From positions 210,986,001 to 211,050,000 of the forward strand of contig JBITNC010000001.1 in NCBI GenBank assembly GCA_050084985.1: 64,000 nt of DNA, in the 5' to 3' direction. This stretch comes from Nageia nagi. Lineage: Eukaryota; Plantae; Pinophyta. A model generated the notes under the pieces. The model saw nothing but the letters and a program-made list of their open reading frames with translations. It was not told the DNA's origin and did not search any database. Both the position numbers and the translations under genes were made by a program. Below, piece by piece: positions 12,905 through 26,920 of this stretch. The first letter of the stretch is position 1. Each line of letters opens with the position of its first letter.

Positions 12905-15900
12905 ATTTCAGTTTCAAAGTATCATATTTACAATGCAGACTTATTTGCTTCTTTGATAATTCAAACTGGTTCATTGTGCTGCTATGTCAAGAGCATGACT
13001 CATTTTTTGTAGAAATTGGAGTAATTATTCATGTTGAACCCCCCATAACATTTTAATTTGATATTTAAGGGAAAGACTTCTGCTATAAATGGTAGTCTGC
13101 ATGTAGGTTCAGGCAGCAGTTGTTTGATTTTGGTATCATGGTACTAAAAAATTAATGGTCATTGAATTACATATGTGGCGTTCTCACATGCATTTGCTTG
13201 CAATGCGCTTCAAAGTTGTTTGCTCTTTCTGTATCTTGATGTATGCAATTTCATTACAGTTGAAGAATTGTGCTGCTATTTCATGCCAAGTCTGAAAATT
13301 TGATATATGACTGCATGGTAAATTATATCTTCAAAAGTGGTGGATGATACTGGAATTATAATACAGTTTTTGGAAAAGAAAAAATGATTTCTGATGACTT
13401 TTGATATCATGCATTGGGAGTTGAAATTAGATATTGCTGCTGTGTGTATTTCTAGTGTGTTCGAACTTGTAGAGGAGTTGAATGGTTAGTATTTCTTATA
13501 ATAGATTTTGAATAAGTCTCTTTTCTATCATAGTATGTACTGATGTGCCTTAACTTGTATTTCACTATTGCTATTTGGAGATCCTGTATCTTGACAATTG
13601 CTTTTCCATTCTTCTTAAATTCATGCTTTGAACAATGCCATTATAAATTTAGTTTATTATTTCCATGAAATGCTTGTAAGTAATTATGACATTACAAACA
13701 TATATGACTAGAGTTCTGTAATTTCTGCAAAATTTTGATTTAATATGATTAGCTATGCCAGAATTCAGAATTGTTGGGTCTGACGTATGATTTCTCAGTA
13801 ATCATAGTATTGCTCTTGATGAACCAGAGCAGTTGGGAAATGGATTGAGTCTAGTATATAATCAACTTGTATCACATGTATGCAAAGCGGAACATTAGTG
13901 GTGGATTGCATAATACAATTTTGTTCTGGTCTATCTATCAATATATTATACATCTTGCTGCATTATTAATGCAGTTTGTACTTACCAAAAAGTCTACATC
14001 ATTACTAAATATTTCAGTTCAGTAGTCTTTCGTTTATGTTTGTGTTGGTAGACATCTTGCTTGTCAAGTGTTTTACCACAGACATGGAAGATGCCCATCG
14101 GTGTGTACAACTTGGTCAATGCATTTCATCATTGGGTAGCTCCTTGAGCATCATCTCAATGCAGAATTAGAGGTAGCATATCATTTGCATTCAAAAGATT
14201 TGTGATAGCAGCTGCTGTGACATTTGTTTTTGTCAAGTCTTGCACTAAACATTTTTTTTTGAGTAAAGTTTTAATCTGTATCTATGGGAGTTTTATGAAT
14301 AGATTTATGGTAAGTAATTCTTTTATGCTGAAGATAATAGCCATAAATCTTCTGGCGTTGTTGCATCTATCTTTTAAATCTAGTGTAGTTGAACAATTAT
14401 ATGAAGATCAAATGAATATCCATGAGTCTGCCGGCTGTTGGATCTTATAGGTTTTATTGACAAGTAAGCTGTTTATCACCATGTCTTGTGCTGCTGCAAA
14501 GGAAGGTAGCTCATGCACTATTGTGTTTGTTTTCTGTGGTGATACCCAGCTTGACAAACTTGTTAGGTTCCTAATTATTGGAATGCAGTATGACTTCTGT
14601 TGTTCTGAGTTGTCATTGTTTGACATCTTTCCTACTTATATAACGTTGTCAACAAAAGAAGAGTTCCCAACAACCACTTACACCGCCTTTCATGTTCTTT
14701 TAGAGTAACTTATTTTTATGCAAGCTCTTCAAATTGTTTGGAAGAGGTTGGGTCAATTGAACATACTGCTTCTGATAATATATTTTTTTCATTAATTTAT
14801 TTTTAATGTAGAAGTTGATTACCTATGTCATGACTGAGTTCAATGTCAGCTTCAGTTTCCATTAAGTAAAGATATCACATTTAGCCTGTTTCACCATTAT
14901 TTGTGTTTCATATGCAATGCCATTAGATCTAACTATAATTTTGCAGGTTTATGACAAGGCATTTTATTCATAAATGTGCCTCTGGCTGCACTCTATCAAT
15001 ATACTGATTTGTGAACTCAATATCTTTTTGGTACTCTTGGACTTGAGGCCCTTCTGATCACGCAATGATAGAATGCTAGTGCAACATTTTTTATCGGCTG
15101 ACATTAATAAGTGATCTTTTCATTGTGCCTCAACTATCATCCTTGTGTAATCAATGCCATTGAGAGACAATTAAGTTGGTTTGCAAGTGTAAAATCTAGA
15201 AGCTGATAATCACCAGCGAAACAAATAGAAGGTTCTTAGCATATATATTCAACTTGATCTTTCAATACATTGGCACAGCGTGATATTATAAGGGTATATC
15301 ACATGCTCAGCTATAGTTGTGCTTTCAAGAAATCAGTGAGGTATGATATTGATATTTTTGCATCCTTTGGAATACCTTTTTGTCAATGGATACTATCCAA
15401 TACAATTGGCAACTAAAAATCATAATGATGCTCTGGTTTTCTCATTTACATCAGAGTTATGAGTTAAAAAAGAAGAGGAACCCACATTGTAGTTGATTGT
15501 CATTAAAGTGCCATTTTTTAACAGTTACAGTTTTTTTGTTGGGAGTATGAATGAGAGGCGTGGCATTCCTTTGTGGTGATTACAAAGAGGTATTCCATCT
15601 CATAGATATATTGTAATATGCACCAATGACTACTGAAGTTGATGGGTGCTTGACATCTTAAGGGTTAAATAGGCACTGATGATCTTGTGAACATCTGAAA
15701 GCAAATGTTTCTTTAAGGTATAGGTCCAAATGCCAATGAACTGGATAACAAAAATGGCTACTGATAGATCCTTCCCAGATTTTTGCAAATAGTCAATTTC
15801 GTTTTGTTCTAAAAGTAATCATGGTATGTAAAGATGAAGCCAATCCAACTGTAACTTATGGGGACATTACCACTATTAAACCTGAGGGCAATTTTAGACC

Positions 15901-17399
15901 ATGTAACCAAGTGATCTGAAAGAAACAAGCAATATGAAAAGCCAGCTCAGGATCAACTACATGGGGAAGCTCTGACTTGATGACTTGTGGGAAGAATCTA
16001 ATCAGTTGACTTTATATGATTTGAAACTGGCACTATTGGAAGCAAGGAATTTTAACTTTGCTCAATTTGAATAAGTTAAGAAAGCAGGTCCAGCTATAGA
16101 GAAAGAAAGCAGTAAACAACATGAGATTTTGCAGAGTCTGTCAGCAGCAAAATCTTCTTTGCACTGGTTTAGATGATCACGGATTATTGCATTGAAGGCT
16201 GCAGGAGTATGCGTATATGTTCCTTTAAATCCATGTAAGTTTATTTAATATTATAACTGTAGAAGCTTTTTGTTTTATGTAGTTCAATTATCATAATATA
16301 CAATTAGCTACCATTATTCTGAAAATTTCCATCTAGAGTAAATCTGATACCTTTTTTTGTAGTCTTCATTAAATAATTTAAAAAGATTTATTTGAGTAAA
16401 CCTGTCACTTTTCCCAGTTCTTGCATGTAGAGTTTATGGTAAGGCTGTAGGCTTTTAAATTGTATGTAGGAGTATTGTACATTTTATATTTTATATGTGG
16501 AATTCACAAGGTTTATAAGCAGAGTATCTGTTTTTAAGTAGCATGATCAACCTGTGGATGATAGGGATGTTGGGATTTACAGAATTTATTTTATCAACTA
16601 CTTGGAGGTATCTTTGGGAATTTTAAGTGCTATAGTTGGCAATTTTGATGTGTTTTCATGATCACTTTTATAGATGAGAGTGAAGTAGAACATGAGGAAG
16701 AGGAGCTGCCCATTGGATGAATAATGAACTAGCAAAACGTGCTTTGGTTAAGGGAGGTCTGATGACAAGAAGATGAAAACTTATGTGATGATAGACGAAT
16801 ATTTAATAACCCATACAAATCATTCATTTTAAGCATAATAATGTTTTTCTGAAACCTATTATCAAGTTTAATAACCCATACAAATCTTCAATCACTGTAG
16901 GAACATACAAAGATCTCTTTATTGTCACAGGATTGCCCCAAGTCCGGATCCTAAAAATTATATTTGTAAAGGACAATGGATTGAAGCCATAGTCGAGGGA
17001 CATTTTTGCAGAGATATTTCAGATAATTTTGAGCTCTTGTACTTGTAACCTTATATAAAAGTGGAATTTAGATAGTAGAATATTGCAACATTCATGATTT
17101 GTGAAAGCGAAAGTTAGATGGAGCACTTCTTCAAAGGAGATTTGTAGCAAGAAAATTAGCTATTGAATTGAGCTGAAGGAATATCAACATAGCACTGATT
17201 ATGATTATCTGTGTAATTTGTTTTTGGTAAGGGTAAATTTAAAGGGTTTTTTTCATACAGGTACTCAACCTGTTATTACAAATTTGAAACAGTTTTGACA
17301 ACATCCTACTGCCGTTTATTTTGTACAGTTTCAGGATGTTCTTCCTGACTGCAGCTTGGTTGTCCAAGAAATGTTGGACATCAGTTTTATACAGATTTC

Positions 17400-18880
17400 A
17401 ATCTAAATTAAAGATAACTGTAGCGTGTAGATCAAAATCTTTTCACAACTTTTTTATTTCTTACCAGTTTTGAGGAGAAACCCTCTTGCAATACCATCTA
17501 GTGTTGATTGCTTGCTGTTTGCAACCTCCTTGGCAGTTTCTTTCTTTCTGATTTCTCCTTCATTGGCTCGTTCAACATGTCTTTGTCCTATGTCTATCTT
17601 CTTTGATGCACTTCGTGTTATTCGACAATCACTTTTGAAGTGTTGTATTCGGATTTTTCTGAGGTGTTATTCATTTTGGATTTTACCTCATTCCATTGTT
17701 TATTCTCTGACATTTTCCTTTTCTGTATATGTGATTGTTCATCTTTTTTTTGGGGTCTCATTTTCTACAGTTTGCTCTATAGGGACAAATTGTTCATATT
17801 ATATACTCTTTCTATGGTAACTGTCTCCTTTTTGTTATTAACATGATCCTTCTCTTTAGCCATGCTATGATTTGCTTTATTAAGATATAATTTCCTCTGC
17901 TTCACATTCCGTCTATCCTCTTCTTTGATTTTGGTTAACCTCACTTTGTTGAAGTTTAAGTCTCCATTCATTCCTAGCTGGGCATGAACGAATATTACAC
18001 CCCACCTGAGTGCATGTCGAACATAGACAATTGTTTTCTTCAAACTGTAGCGCTTGAACCCAATATCCTAGATCTGATTTGAGTGTTATTGTCTTTGGCA
18101 ATCTAACCCTGAATTCCACCATCATGCAAAATCTTGGCATTATAAATCTTGTTCGAGCCTTTGTGACCTCATCAACTGCAATGAATTTGCCAAAGGACCT
18201 TGCAATTCCTTTGAAAACTTTCTAGTGCCAAAATGCAATTGGGTATTCACAATGTTAGTCTTGATCGGATTAAAACCCATTTGCCATTTTTCCAAGAATA
18301 ATCCTCTATTTCCAAAAAACTAAGGTTGACTCAAGACATTATCGCAATCTTTTGAATTATTAAACACAAACATGATATAGCCATTGGGCATCGCAATTGC
18401 TTCTACAATACCTTCAATTTTCCATCATAGTTATGCCTATTTTCGAATTGAATCAATATTTGGTCGAGCTCCATGGAGTCTGCTAACCAAGTTGAATCTT
18501 CCCCTCTTCGGAGATTGGTTGATAATGGATATTGGAATCTTGGCACATATGCTCTCCCCTCTTCTTTTGGTCTCCAGAGAAGGTCTCGTGTTGACCATAG
18601 ACTTTTGTGTGAAGAGGCTATGTCATGATTTCCTAAGTGCTTCCATGGCTCATTGCAACAATGACCGTAGGATCTGTGCCCTAGCAATGACGCCCGTACC
18701 CACTCCTTGTGAATGTTGTCATGACCAGACCTCTACAGCTGCCTAGCGCAAGTCGTAAACCGTAGCTCAATTAAACCTCTACGCACAAATGTAATGCTTG
18801 AGTGATCAATCAAACCAATGCTGAAACTTGGATTAATCTAACCCCCCTCATCGATCTCCAAGCTAGGACACCCCACCACC
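17400..18880 (-). mobile_element. L1-type LINE remnant (5' end and ORF1: DUF4283-like region plus CCHC zinc knuckle)
   Basis: Minus strand reads FGNRGLFLEKWQMGFNP, then FWH*KVFKGIARSFGKFIAVDEVTKARTRFIMPRFCM...YWVQALQFEENNCLCSTCTQVGCNIRSCP. Confidence 0.8.
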
Positions 18881-21343
18881 CTGCGAGCCCTAGTTCTGTT
18901 CGAGGCTGATCACAATTATTTGTGTAATTTCAATCAATTTGGGAGAGTGAAAGATTGACAAGGTTTGTGGTTAGAGATTCTTGAGAGGTCTATCAAGATT
19001 CAAAAATTTAATTGATTGAAAAAGAGTACACTTGAGGTTGATTAAACTTGCAAAGTAGAAAAAAGGGGAACCTCTCAAAAGAAAGATAAATATATAGAAA
19101 CAATCTATAAACAAAAGAAAAATAAGGGATGATAGATGAAATGCTCTATAACTCAACATATTATGGTGACTTAAATTGGAGAAACTCTGAACATTAACTT
19201 CATTTGAATTTCAGCAATTATAAATTTGAATTTGTAGTGATCATTGCATTTATAAACATAGAATTTTAAAGTAAGTTTCATGTTCTGTATGGTTTTGAAA
19301 GATGATTGGTGGGTTTCGGTGGTCAGATTCAATTTGTAAAATACATTTATAAACTGAAATTTCTTTTTATGTAATCTACAAAATGATTATCAGTAAGACT
19401 AAAGTTTCTCTCTGAACTGAATTCAGTCTTGAATTGAATGTTGAAAGCATTAGTTTCCTTTGTTATTATTCATTTACCATTGATGACATGATTGAAGACT
19501 ACTGATTCTAATATATGTTTATTTCAGAATGCAACATGAGGGACTTAAGATACCAAAAGTACAAACAATAGATGCAGTCTCAGCTGCTTTATCTGGTATG
19601 TAAGGTCGCTTGAGTCTTTCTTTTGACATTAAAGGTTGCATATTATCTGCAGTTGCCCACTATAATCTGTGTCAGAAAAACCAAAAGTTTGCTTCGATGA
19701 GACATAATAGTTAACTGTTCTTAGATTCTTTTTTATTAACAAGTCTATTTGGTTATTTTTTTGTTTCAGATTTTATGCGATTATTGCAACTTTTGTGTAC
19801 TTACCTTTCTTTTTGTGTATTTGCATATTTGTGGTAGCTGTGTTCATATAAATTGGTATCAAGACCTTTTCAATTGCAGCCTCAGATCTGGTCTATTGAA
19901 ATAATCAAACTTTTATCTAACCAAATTTTAATGCAACTTGTCAAGATCTACAGTTTGAAATTTTTTGCTGGAAACAATTATAGATTTAAGAGTTTATCTT
20001 TCAAAAGGTAGAGTAGTGATAAATGTTTAACAGGCCGTTGGTTTATGCTTCTTATAAATTTTTTGGTTGTTCCAAAGAGAGATCAACAATGAAATGAGTC
20101 TTCTAAGGAGTTTATGAATATGGGAGATCTCCAACAAATCCAACAAAGCCAAAGCCATGCATGATTTCAGTATGGTGTCTTTACAGTCCACCTCTTACTA
20201 TAAATTTTGATCATGATTTATGATTTTTCAGTTACATTGGAAATCACTATGAAAGTATTTTTTAGGTTGTCAACGTAGGTTTTCAACAGCATTTCATCCA
20301 TATACTTATTGTGAAATCAATGATTTCAGTCAGACTTTGGTTAATGACTTCCACGTGTACTGTAGTAATAATAAGCAATGTGATATCTATCTATATATTT
20401 TACAGTATAATTACAACGTGGTAATGCATGTCTATAATTATTATACAACAATCTATCTAAGTACTATTATAGGGTCTCCAGTTCGAGGATGCCACTTGGG
20501 AGTCTCTACGTACTTTCCAACAACAATTTCCAGATTTCAATAGTTGAGAACAAAGCTTCTTTAAGGGGGGTGGCATGTTACACATCCATCATAGACCCAC
20601 ATGATAACTCATATTGTGATATGGCGTAAATTGAAGATAGAATATTGTGATGTGGCATGTGTTGTAGAAAATAATAAAGCGTGTCATATAATATTGTGTA
20701 AGGTATATAGGTATGTGTCCAAAATAATTGTAAGAGGAATAATGCTAAGGAAAGTTTATTGTAATCTATAAAAGAGAGGCACAAAAGAAACCAAAATATA
20801 AGTTGGAGTATTGTATTGCATTGCTGCTACATAGGAGGTTGCCCCCTTGAAGAGGACTGTGATATTGAGTAACAAATATCTCTTTCCATCCTTTTTATCT
20901 CTCTTTGTGCACTATTTACCTTTTGTCGATTATATACTACATAATTGTTTTTTTTTTTGTCATGTTAATCTGTTTCATGTGCATGAAATTGATAATCTCA
21001 ATGAAATACAAAATCAATGTGTTGGGGATCTTGATGCAATATCTTTTTAATTTCATTCCCTTCAACCTAAAGTGTGTACTCGAATTGGATGGTTGGTGTG
21101 TAAGTGGTGTAGATAGAAGATATAATATTGTGTAGATAGGAAATATAATTTTGTGATATGGCTTGGATCTTAGAATATTGTGTAGTGTTATAGAATATAG
21201 AATATTGTGTGGTTTCATAGAATGTTGTTGGATGTGGGTTTCATTCAACCTAGTCTTAGCCCCTTCTTCTTCTTGATGTTGCTAGTAAAGAAGGATGGCT
21301 TGCGGCAAATGTGTACAGATTTTCACAAGCTCAACAAGATCAC

Positions 21344-22828
21344 TGTAGATTCCTCCATAATAAACCCTGGAAGTAAAGCCCCGGTGTACTCTACTCGCCA
21401 TCACGAGTTCATCTTAATATCCCCAGGAGTTTTCCGGAGCAGATAAAGCAAGCCGGAGTCAGTGGATGAAGCATTCCGGAATGAAACGATGAGGTCAGCT
21501 ATTTTAGGCCTTAACCCAAAACCGGGTTCCGGAGATGATGAGGTCAGCTAGGGGAACTAAAAGGCCCGGAGCCGGTGAATAGAGCATTCCGGACATATGA
21601 AGGTGATGTCACGGGGAGAACAGAGACCACACTTTGAAGGAAACCGGAGCCCGGAGGAGATGATGTCAGCACGAAGTAATCCGGTATCCGGAGCCAGTGA
21701 GGATGCATTCCGGAAATATGAAGCTGACGTCATGGCGAAAAACGAAGTTGACGTTTTGAGGAAAACCGGAGTCCGGAAGAAATGACATCAGGGAGGAGTA
21801 ATTCAGTATCCGAAGCCCTGAAGGCGAATCATCCCGGAAGTCCGAGGATGACATCACAAGAAAAGGCAAAGTTAACATTAGTGAATGAAATCGGCCCCGG
21901 AGGCAATGAGATCAGCACAAGTCACTCCGGAAAGCGAAGTATTCCGGAGATATGAAGCCGACGTCAGAGAAAGAAACAAGATTAACATTGGTGAATGAAA
22001 CCGAGTCCCGGAGGAAAATAGGCCCGCAAAGAAAGATTGAAGAACCTGAGCCAGAGAATTAAGAAATCCCGAAAGAGAGGAGATCTGCAAGATGCCTGAG
22101 CACAATCATCAAGGAACTGTATCGTCTGCAATCCGCCTAACTTTGTAACAGATGGCCAAGTGGCGTATGTAGGTGGTGTCGATTCAAGAAGGCCAGAATT
22201 TTGAGGCCGTTTTTGTAAACGTTTCTATTCTGCAAATCTTGTAACTGTTGTTACTACAGTATAAGTATATGAAAATAAAGTGAAAGAGGGTCGGAAGCCT
22301 AGTATTGCCCTTTACATTTGTTCTCGAAGACCTGTAGTTTTTGGTCGGCAATATGATACCATCTTGACCTTTCTTGTCTAGCACTCGTAATTGTTATTCT
22401 TAATTTGGTTACATTGTGGCAGCTTAGCTTGTTTCCTGAATAATAATCGCGAGTTGCTAGTATAACTGTGTCTGCTACATGGTAGGGTAGAAGCTGGGAG
22501 GCTATTCAGAGAGTGAGAACTTGTTCTGTGGCTGCGACACTAGATTCAGGCCAAGGTTTCGCATACTGCGAAAGCCCGCGCTGAACTAGTGATCTACCTT
22601 TGCTTTCTCTCTCGTTACTCTATCCTTTTTACTTCCTTTCCTGTTACCCTATCCTTTTGCTTAAATTTCTCGCACCCTACCCCTTTTGTCTCTTTCCTGT
22701 TACTTTTTCTCTACCCAATGGATAAGGAACCGGCCTTCTCCGGAGAGCAGGCTACTCCCACAGTCTGTTCATGATTTACTTTGGTTAAGATTGTTCCAGG
22801 CGCACATATTACACAATCTTAATCAACA
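21344..22828. mobile_element. Young solo LTR (1485 bp) inserted in the RT of element D
   Basis: TGTAGAT...ATCAACA termini with a perfect 5-bp TSD ATCAC (21339-21343 / 22829-22833). The RT frame rejoins when it is removed. It is CpG- and CCGG-rich. Confidence 0.9.
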
Positions 22829-23956
22829 ATCACTATCAAGCATAAGTTTTCCATTCCAATTATTGATTGCTTGTTGGATGAATTACATGGAGAACAATTC
22901 TTCATCAAATTGGAGCTTCGCTTCGGATGCTATCAAATTTGAATGCACCCCAAAGGTCACTTTTTTGAACATATAAAGGTCATTATGAGTTCTCGATGAT
23001 GCCATTTGGTCTCACAAATGCATCATCAACTTTCCAAAATCTCATGAATCATGTGGTAAGGCCTTACCTAAGAAAGTTTGTCTTGGTGTTAGTTTGGCAT
23101 TATGATATACAATAATTCTTGGAAAGGCCATCTTCAACTTATAAGGTTGGTGTTACAATTACTCATAAGGTTGGTCTTTTCAGTTGAGCAACAAAAATGG
23201 GTCACCAAACTCCTTGGCTATGACTATTATAGAAAAGGGATAGATAATTTGGTAGTTGAAGCCTTATTGAGGCTTCTTGAAGACATAAACACAATCTTCC
23301 TCTTCTCCTTACTTCACAAAGATTGGGTTGAAGAAATTAAAAAGGTATTGCATCAAGATCCCCATATTTCCAAAATCATTCAAGAGTTAGAGGTTGATTC
23401 CACATCACACACACATTACTCTTGGCATGGAGGATTGCTACAATATAAACATCAATTGGTCATCCTAGCCGAATTTGACATTCCAGGCTATCTGCTCACC
23501 CACCAGTGGACATTTTTGGATTTTTGTGCACATATGCATGGTGAAATGAGTTTTTTTCTAGGAACGAATGAATAAATCTATTAAGGATTTTGTCGACACC
23601 TATGATACTTGCCAATGTCACAACGAAGAAACAATTCAAACACATGGCCTCCTTCAACCCCTTTTGATCATTGAGATTCCTAGGGAGGACATCAAAATGG
23701 ACTGTACGGAAGGGCTTCCTCATTTTGCAGGTAAATCTGTAATTCTGGTTTTGGCTGATAGGCTCACCAAGTATGCACATTTTTGTGCATTGGCTTATCC
23801 TTACATGGTCACCAATGTAGCCCACATCTTCCTGGAACACATTTTCAAATTGCACGGTATGCCAAAATCTATCATCAATGATCGAGATCCCATGTTCATG
23901 AGCAAGTTTTGGATACAACTCTTTAAATTGCAAGGGTTCCAACTGAAGAACAACTT

Positions 23957-24462
23957 TGAGAGTTATAACAAGACCAAATAACCCAAATACAATTAATGGA
24001 GCTTACATAAACTGAAACAGGATTATAATATGAGAATAACAGAGCTTTCAAATAACATTAATGGAGTTCTCAAATACAGTAACAGTCCCAAATAACAGCT
24101 GGGTACTCAAAGCTCACATACAACTAAGCTAAAAGGAAAAACACACAACTCAGCATAACTATGTTACAATCCTCTAGAATAAAACCTAATTACAGTTCTA
24201 ACCTACAAGATTTGTGAGCAATCATTACAAAAAGAGCAAGAAATAATGCCAATAATCTTCACAAATGAATCTTCTGATGAAATGCGGTGGCATTTAGGAA
24301 GCTGCCCATAAACGTCATATCGTTTGAGAAACATTGTGGCGATTTCGGAATGTGGCAACATTTGATATCAAAATGCTCATGAGTGATGTTTTTGGTCAGA
24401 AAAATCACAAAGATGACACATTGAGGTTGGATCTTCAAGTGAAATGTGCTCAATTCTCAACA
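23957..24462 (-). mobile_element. Solo LTR (506 bp) inserted in the integrase of element D
   Basis: TG...CA termini with TSD AACTT (23952-23956 / 24463-24467). Removal restores LKNNFAYHP, the integrase LxxSxAYHPQ motif. Strand is inferred from the TGTTGAGA start. Confidence 0.8.
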
Positions 24463-26229
24463 AACTTTGCATACCATCCCTAGGCAAATGTGCAAAACAA
24501 AGCAATCAACAAAACCCTTGAGACATATTTTCATTGTTTTTCATTTGAGCAACGAATCTAAATTGAGTTGTTGGCTTCCATTTAGTTGAATGGTGGTATA
24601 ACACATCTTGACACTCTTTTAGCAGAATGACACCGTATAAAGCATTGCATAGCCAACCATGGTCGTCTTTGACTTCTTACCTACAAAATTGGATGAAGAA
24701 GGGTCCACATTGTTGAGATCGGTGGCCATCATCAATTGATTTTAATAGGTGACATGGTTTACCTTCATCTTCAACTCTACAAGCAAACTAAACTTTAAAC
24801 CAAAGCAAAGGGTCCATACACTTTGGAGTAAGTGACATGGTTTTCTTTTATCTTCAACCCTACAAGCAAACCTTAGTTAAACTAAAGGATCATCAAAAGT
24901 TAGCACCCAGGTTCAATGGGCCTTATCGTGTTTTACATATTGGATAGGTTGCCTATAGATTGAAGCTGCCACCAACTTCCAGTTTTCACCCAATGTTCCA
25001 TGTCTCCTGTATTAAACAAGTGCTGGGGGAACATATTCTGAATAAGGGTCCATATTGTTGAGATTGGTGGCCATCATCAACAAGCGCAATTGCCAACTCC
25101 GTTCACAGACAATCATCAAAGTCTTGGTTCAATGGTAGGGTCTCCAATTAGAGGATGCCACTTGGGAGTCACTACGTACTTTCCAACAACAATTTCCAGA
25201 TTTCAATAGTTGAGAACAAAGCTTCTCTAAGGGGGATGGCATGTTACACATCCATCATGGACCCACATGATAACTCATTGTAATGTGGCGTAAATTGAAG
25301 ATAGAATATTGTGTTGTGGCGCATATTGAAGATGGAATATTGTGATGTGGCATGTGCGTAGAATATTATATGGCGTCATAGAATATTGTGTAAGGAATAT
25401 AGGCATGTGTCCAAAATAATTGTAAGAGGAATAATGTTAATGAAAGGTCATTGTAATCTATAAACGAGAGGCACAAAAGAAACCAAAATGTAAGTTTGAG
25501 TATTGTATTGCATTTCTGCTGCATAGGAGGTTGCCCTCATAAAGAGGCCTGCGATATTGAGTAACAAATATCTCTTCCCATTCTTTTCATGTCTCTTTTT
25601 CCACTATTTACCTTTTGTCAATTATATACTACATAACTGTTCTTTTTGTCATGCTAATCTGTTTCATGTGCATAAAATTGATAATCACAATGGAATATAA
25701 AATCAATTTGTGTTGATTTGCTTCAATCACACCTATAGCCGAAATCCCATCCATAGGTGCCAATAAGCCAAATCACTTAGCTGTCTACATTATTTTTTTA
25801 TAGTAGAAGCATTAGAAAGTGGTGGATCCTTAGCATCAGCTTGAACCTCAAGTATGCCCTCCAACTTCGAGGATTTGTTACTAGTTGCAGCTGTTGCATG
25901 TGTGACTTTGTTGCTCATTCCATCCCATCATGGTCTATTGCATTGTGTGACTCTGTTCCCTCCACTTGTTTGGTGGGAAGGTAAAGATTGTACTCACAAA
26001 TACAAGATCATTAGCATGCTCCCGGGTCTTGTGTGTTCTCTCAAATAATGACCAGTTGTGTTCACACCTAGAAGTTTTACAAGGTTGACACAGTACGGAT
26101 TGCTAGACTCTAAGATTTGGTTTCCGAGCATTGTAATCTTCCCACCACAAATTTGCAAAAAAATCACATATTAGAAACTCAATCTAGATTTTAAATTATC
26201 TAAAGTGTATAAAGACCCTACTTTTATTG

Positions 26230-26920
26230 AATTTTAAAGATTACCTGGCTGCAAGGTCATCCTTGACCGAGTATGAAAAATAAAAAAATCCCTCGGCTTG
26301 TCTCTTTTGTAGATCTGCAACTCATCAGGGATTAGATCTTTAATGTGATCATTTTTAATCTTTTGGGAGATTTCATCTTTAATGTGATCATTTTTCATCT
26401 TTTGGGAGATGCCAACTAACTTAAAGAAAAACATTGATCCACTTGAAACTACTAAGAACTTGATGAGTGTGTGATTGCTTGCATTTGCCCATCCATTGGA
26501 TAAAATGTTCCATCCATGTTTGCAGCAAACCACTTTTTGCTCCTTTACTACGATGTGTGTGTGAGCAACAACATCCTTAAGCAAAGGACCACTAAAATCC
26601 TATGTAGTAGGGGGTTTCATCTGTCCTAAGTGTAGTGAATGCTGTTACCATGGCTTCCTAATAAAGACTATTTACAACATTAAAGGAATGTTGCAATAGT
26701 ATCAAAAGTTTTCACCTACAACTTGGGCTGCATTGGTCTTTTCTTTCTCATATGTTGTTTCAAGGGAAGATTGCGCCTCTTCATGAGGAACAAAGTAACC
26801 TTTTGCTGTATTGTTTATGTTCACATTATGACCATCTGAAGATTGAATGCGTGGGCCAAAGATGGACTCTGATGGCAGTATTGACTTATGGGGTCTGTAT
26901 TCGTCATAAAGTTGTAGTTG
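26230..26920 (-). pseudogene. hAT-family transposase remnant (DUF659-like region)
   Basis: Minus strand reads FNVVNSLY*EAMVTA...MKPPTT*DFSGPLLKDVV...KHGWNILSNGWANASNHTLIKFLV..SGSMFF, matching the plant hAT motif GxSIxSDGWxD..R.LINFLV. Confidence 0.75.

Larger units (their letters stand above)
20470..25705 (+). mobile_element. Rearranged Ty3/gypsy chromovirus D (RT fragment, integrase, chromodomain; gag/protease and most of RNase H missing)
   Basis: RT: GFIQPSLSPF..LLVKKDG..MCTDFHKLNKIT | [19 protein letters not shown]. Integrase: DIKMDCTEGLP..GKSVILVLADRLTKYAHF..IFKLHGMPKSIINDRDPMFMSKFW. Then GPYRVL..VAYRLKLP, chromodomain VLVQW..EDATWES, PPT, and LTRs starting TGTTACAC at 20576 and 25242. 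Confidence 0.85.

Noticed and set aside
21597-22976. Short ORFs inside the CCGG-rich block
   Set aside because: They lie within a TSD-bounded solo LTR and reflect its higher GC content.
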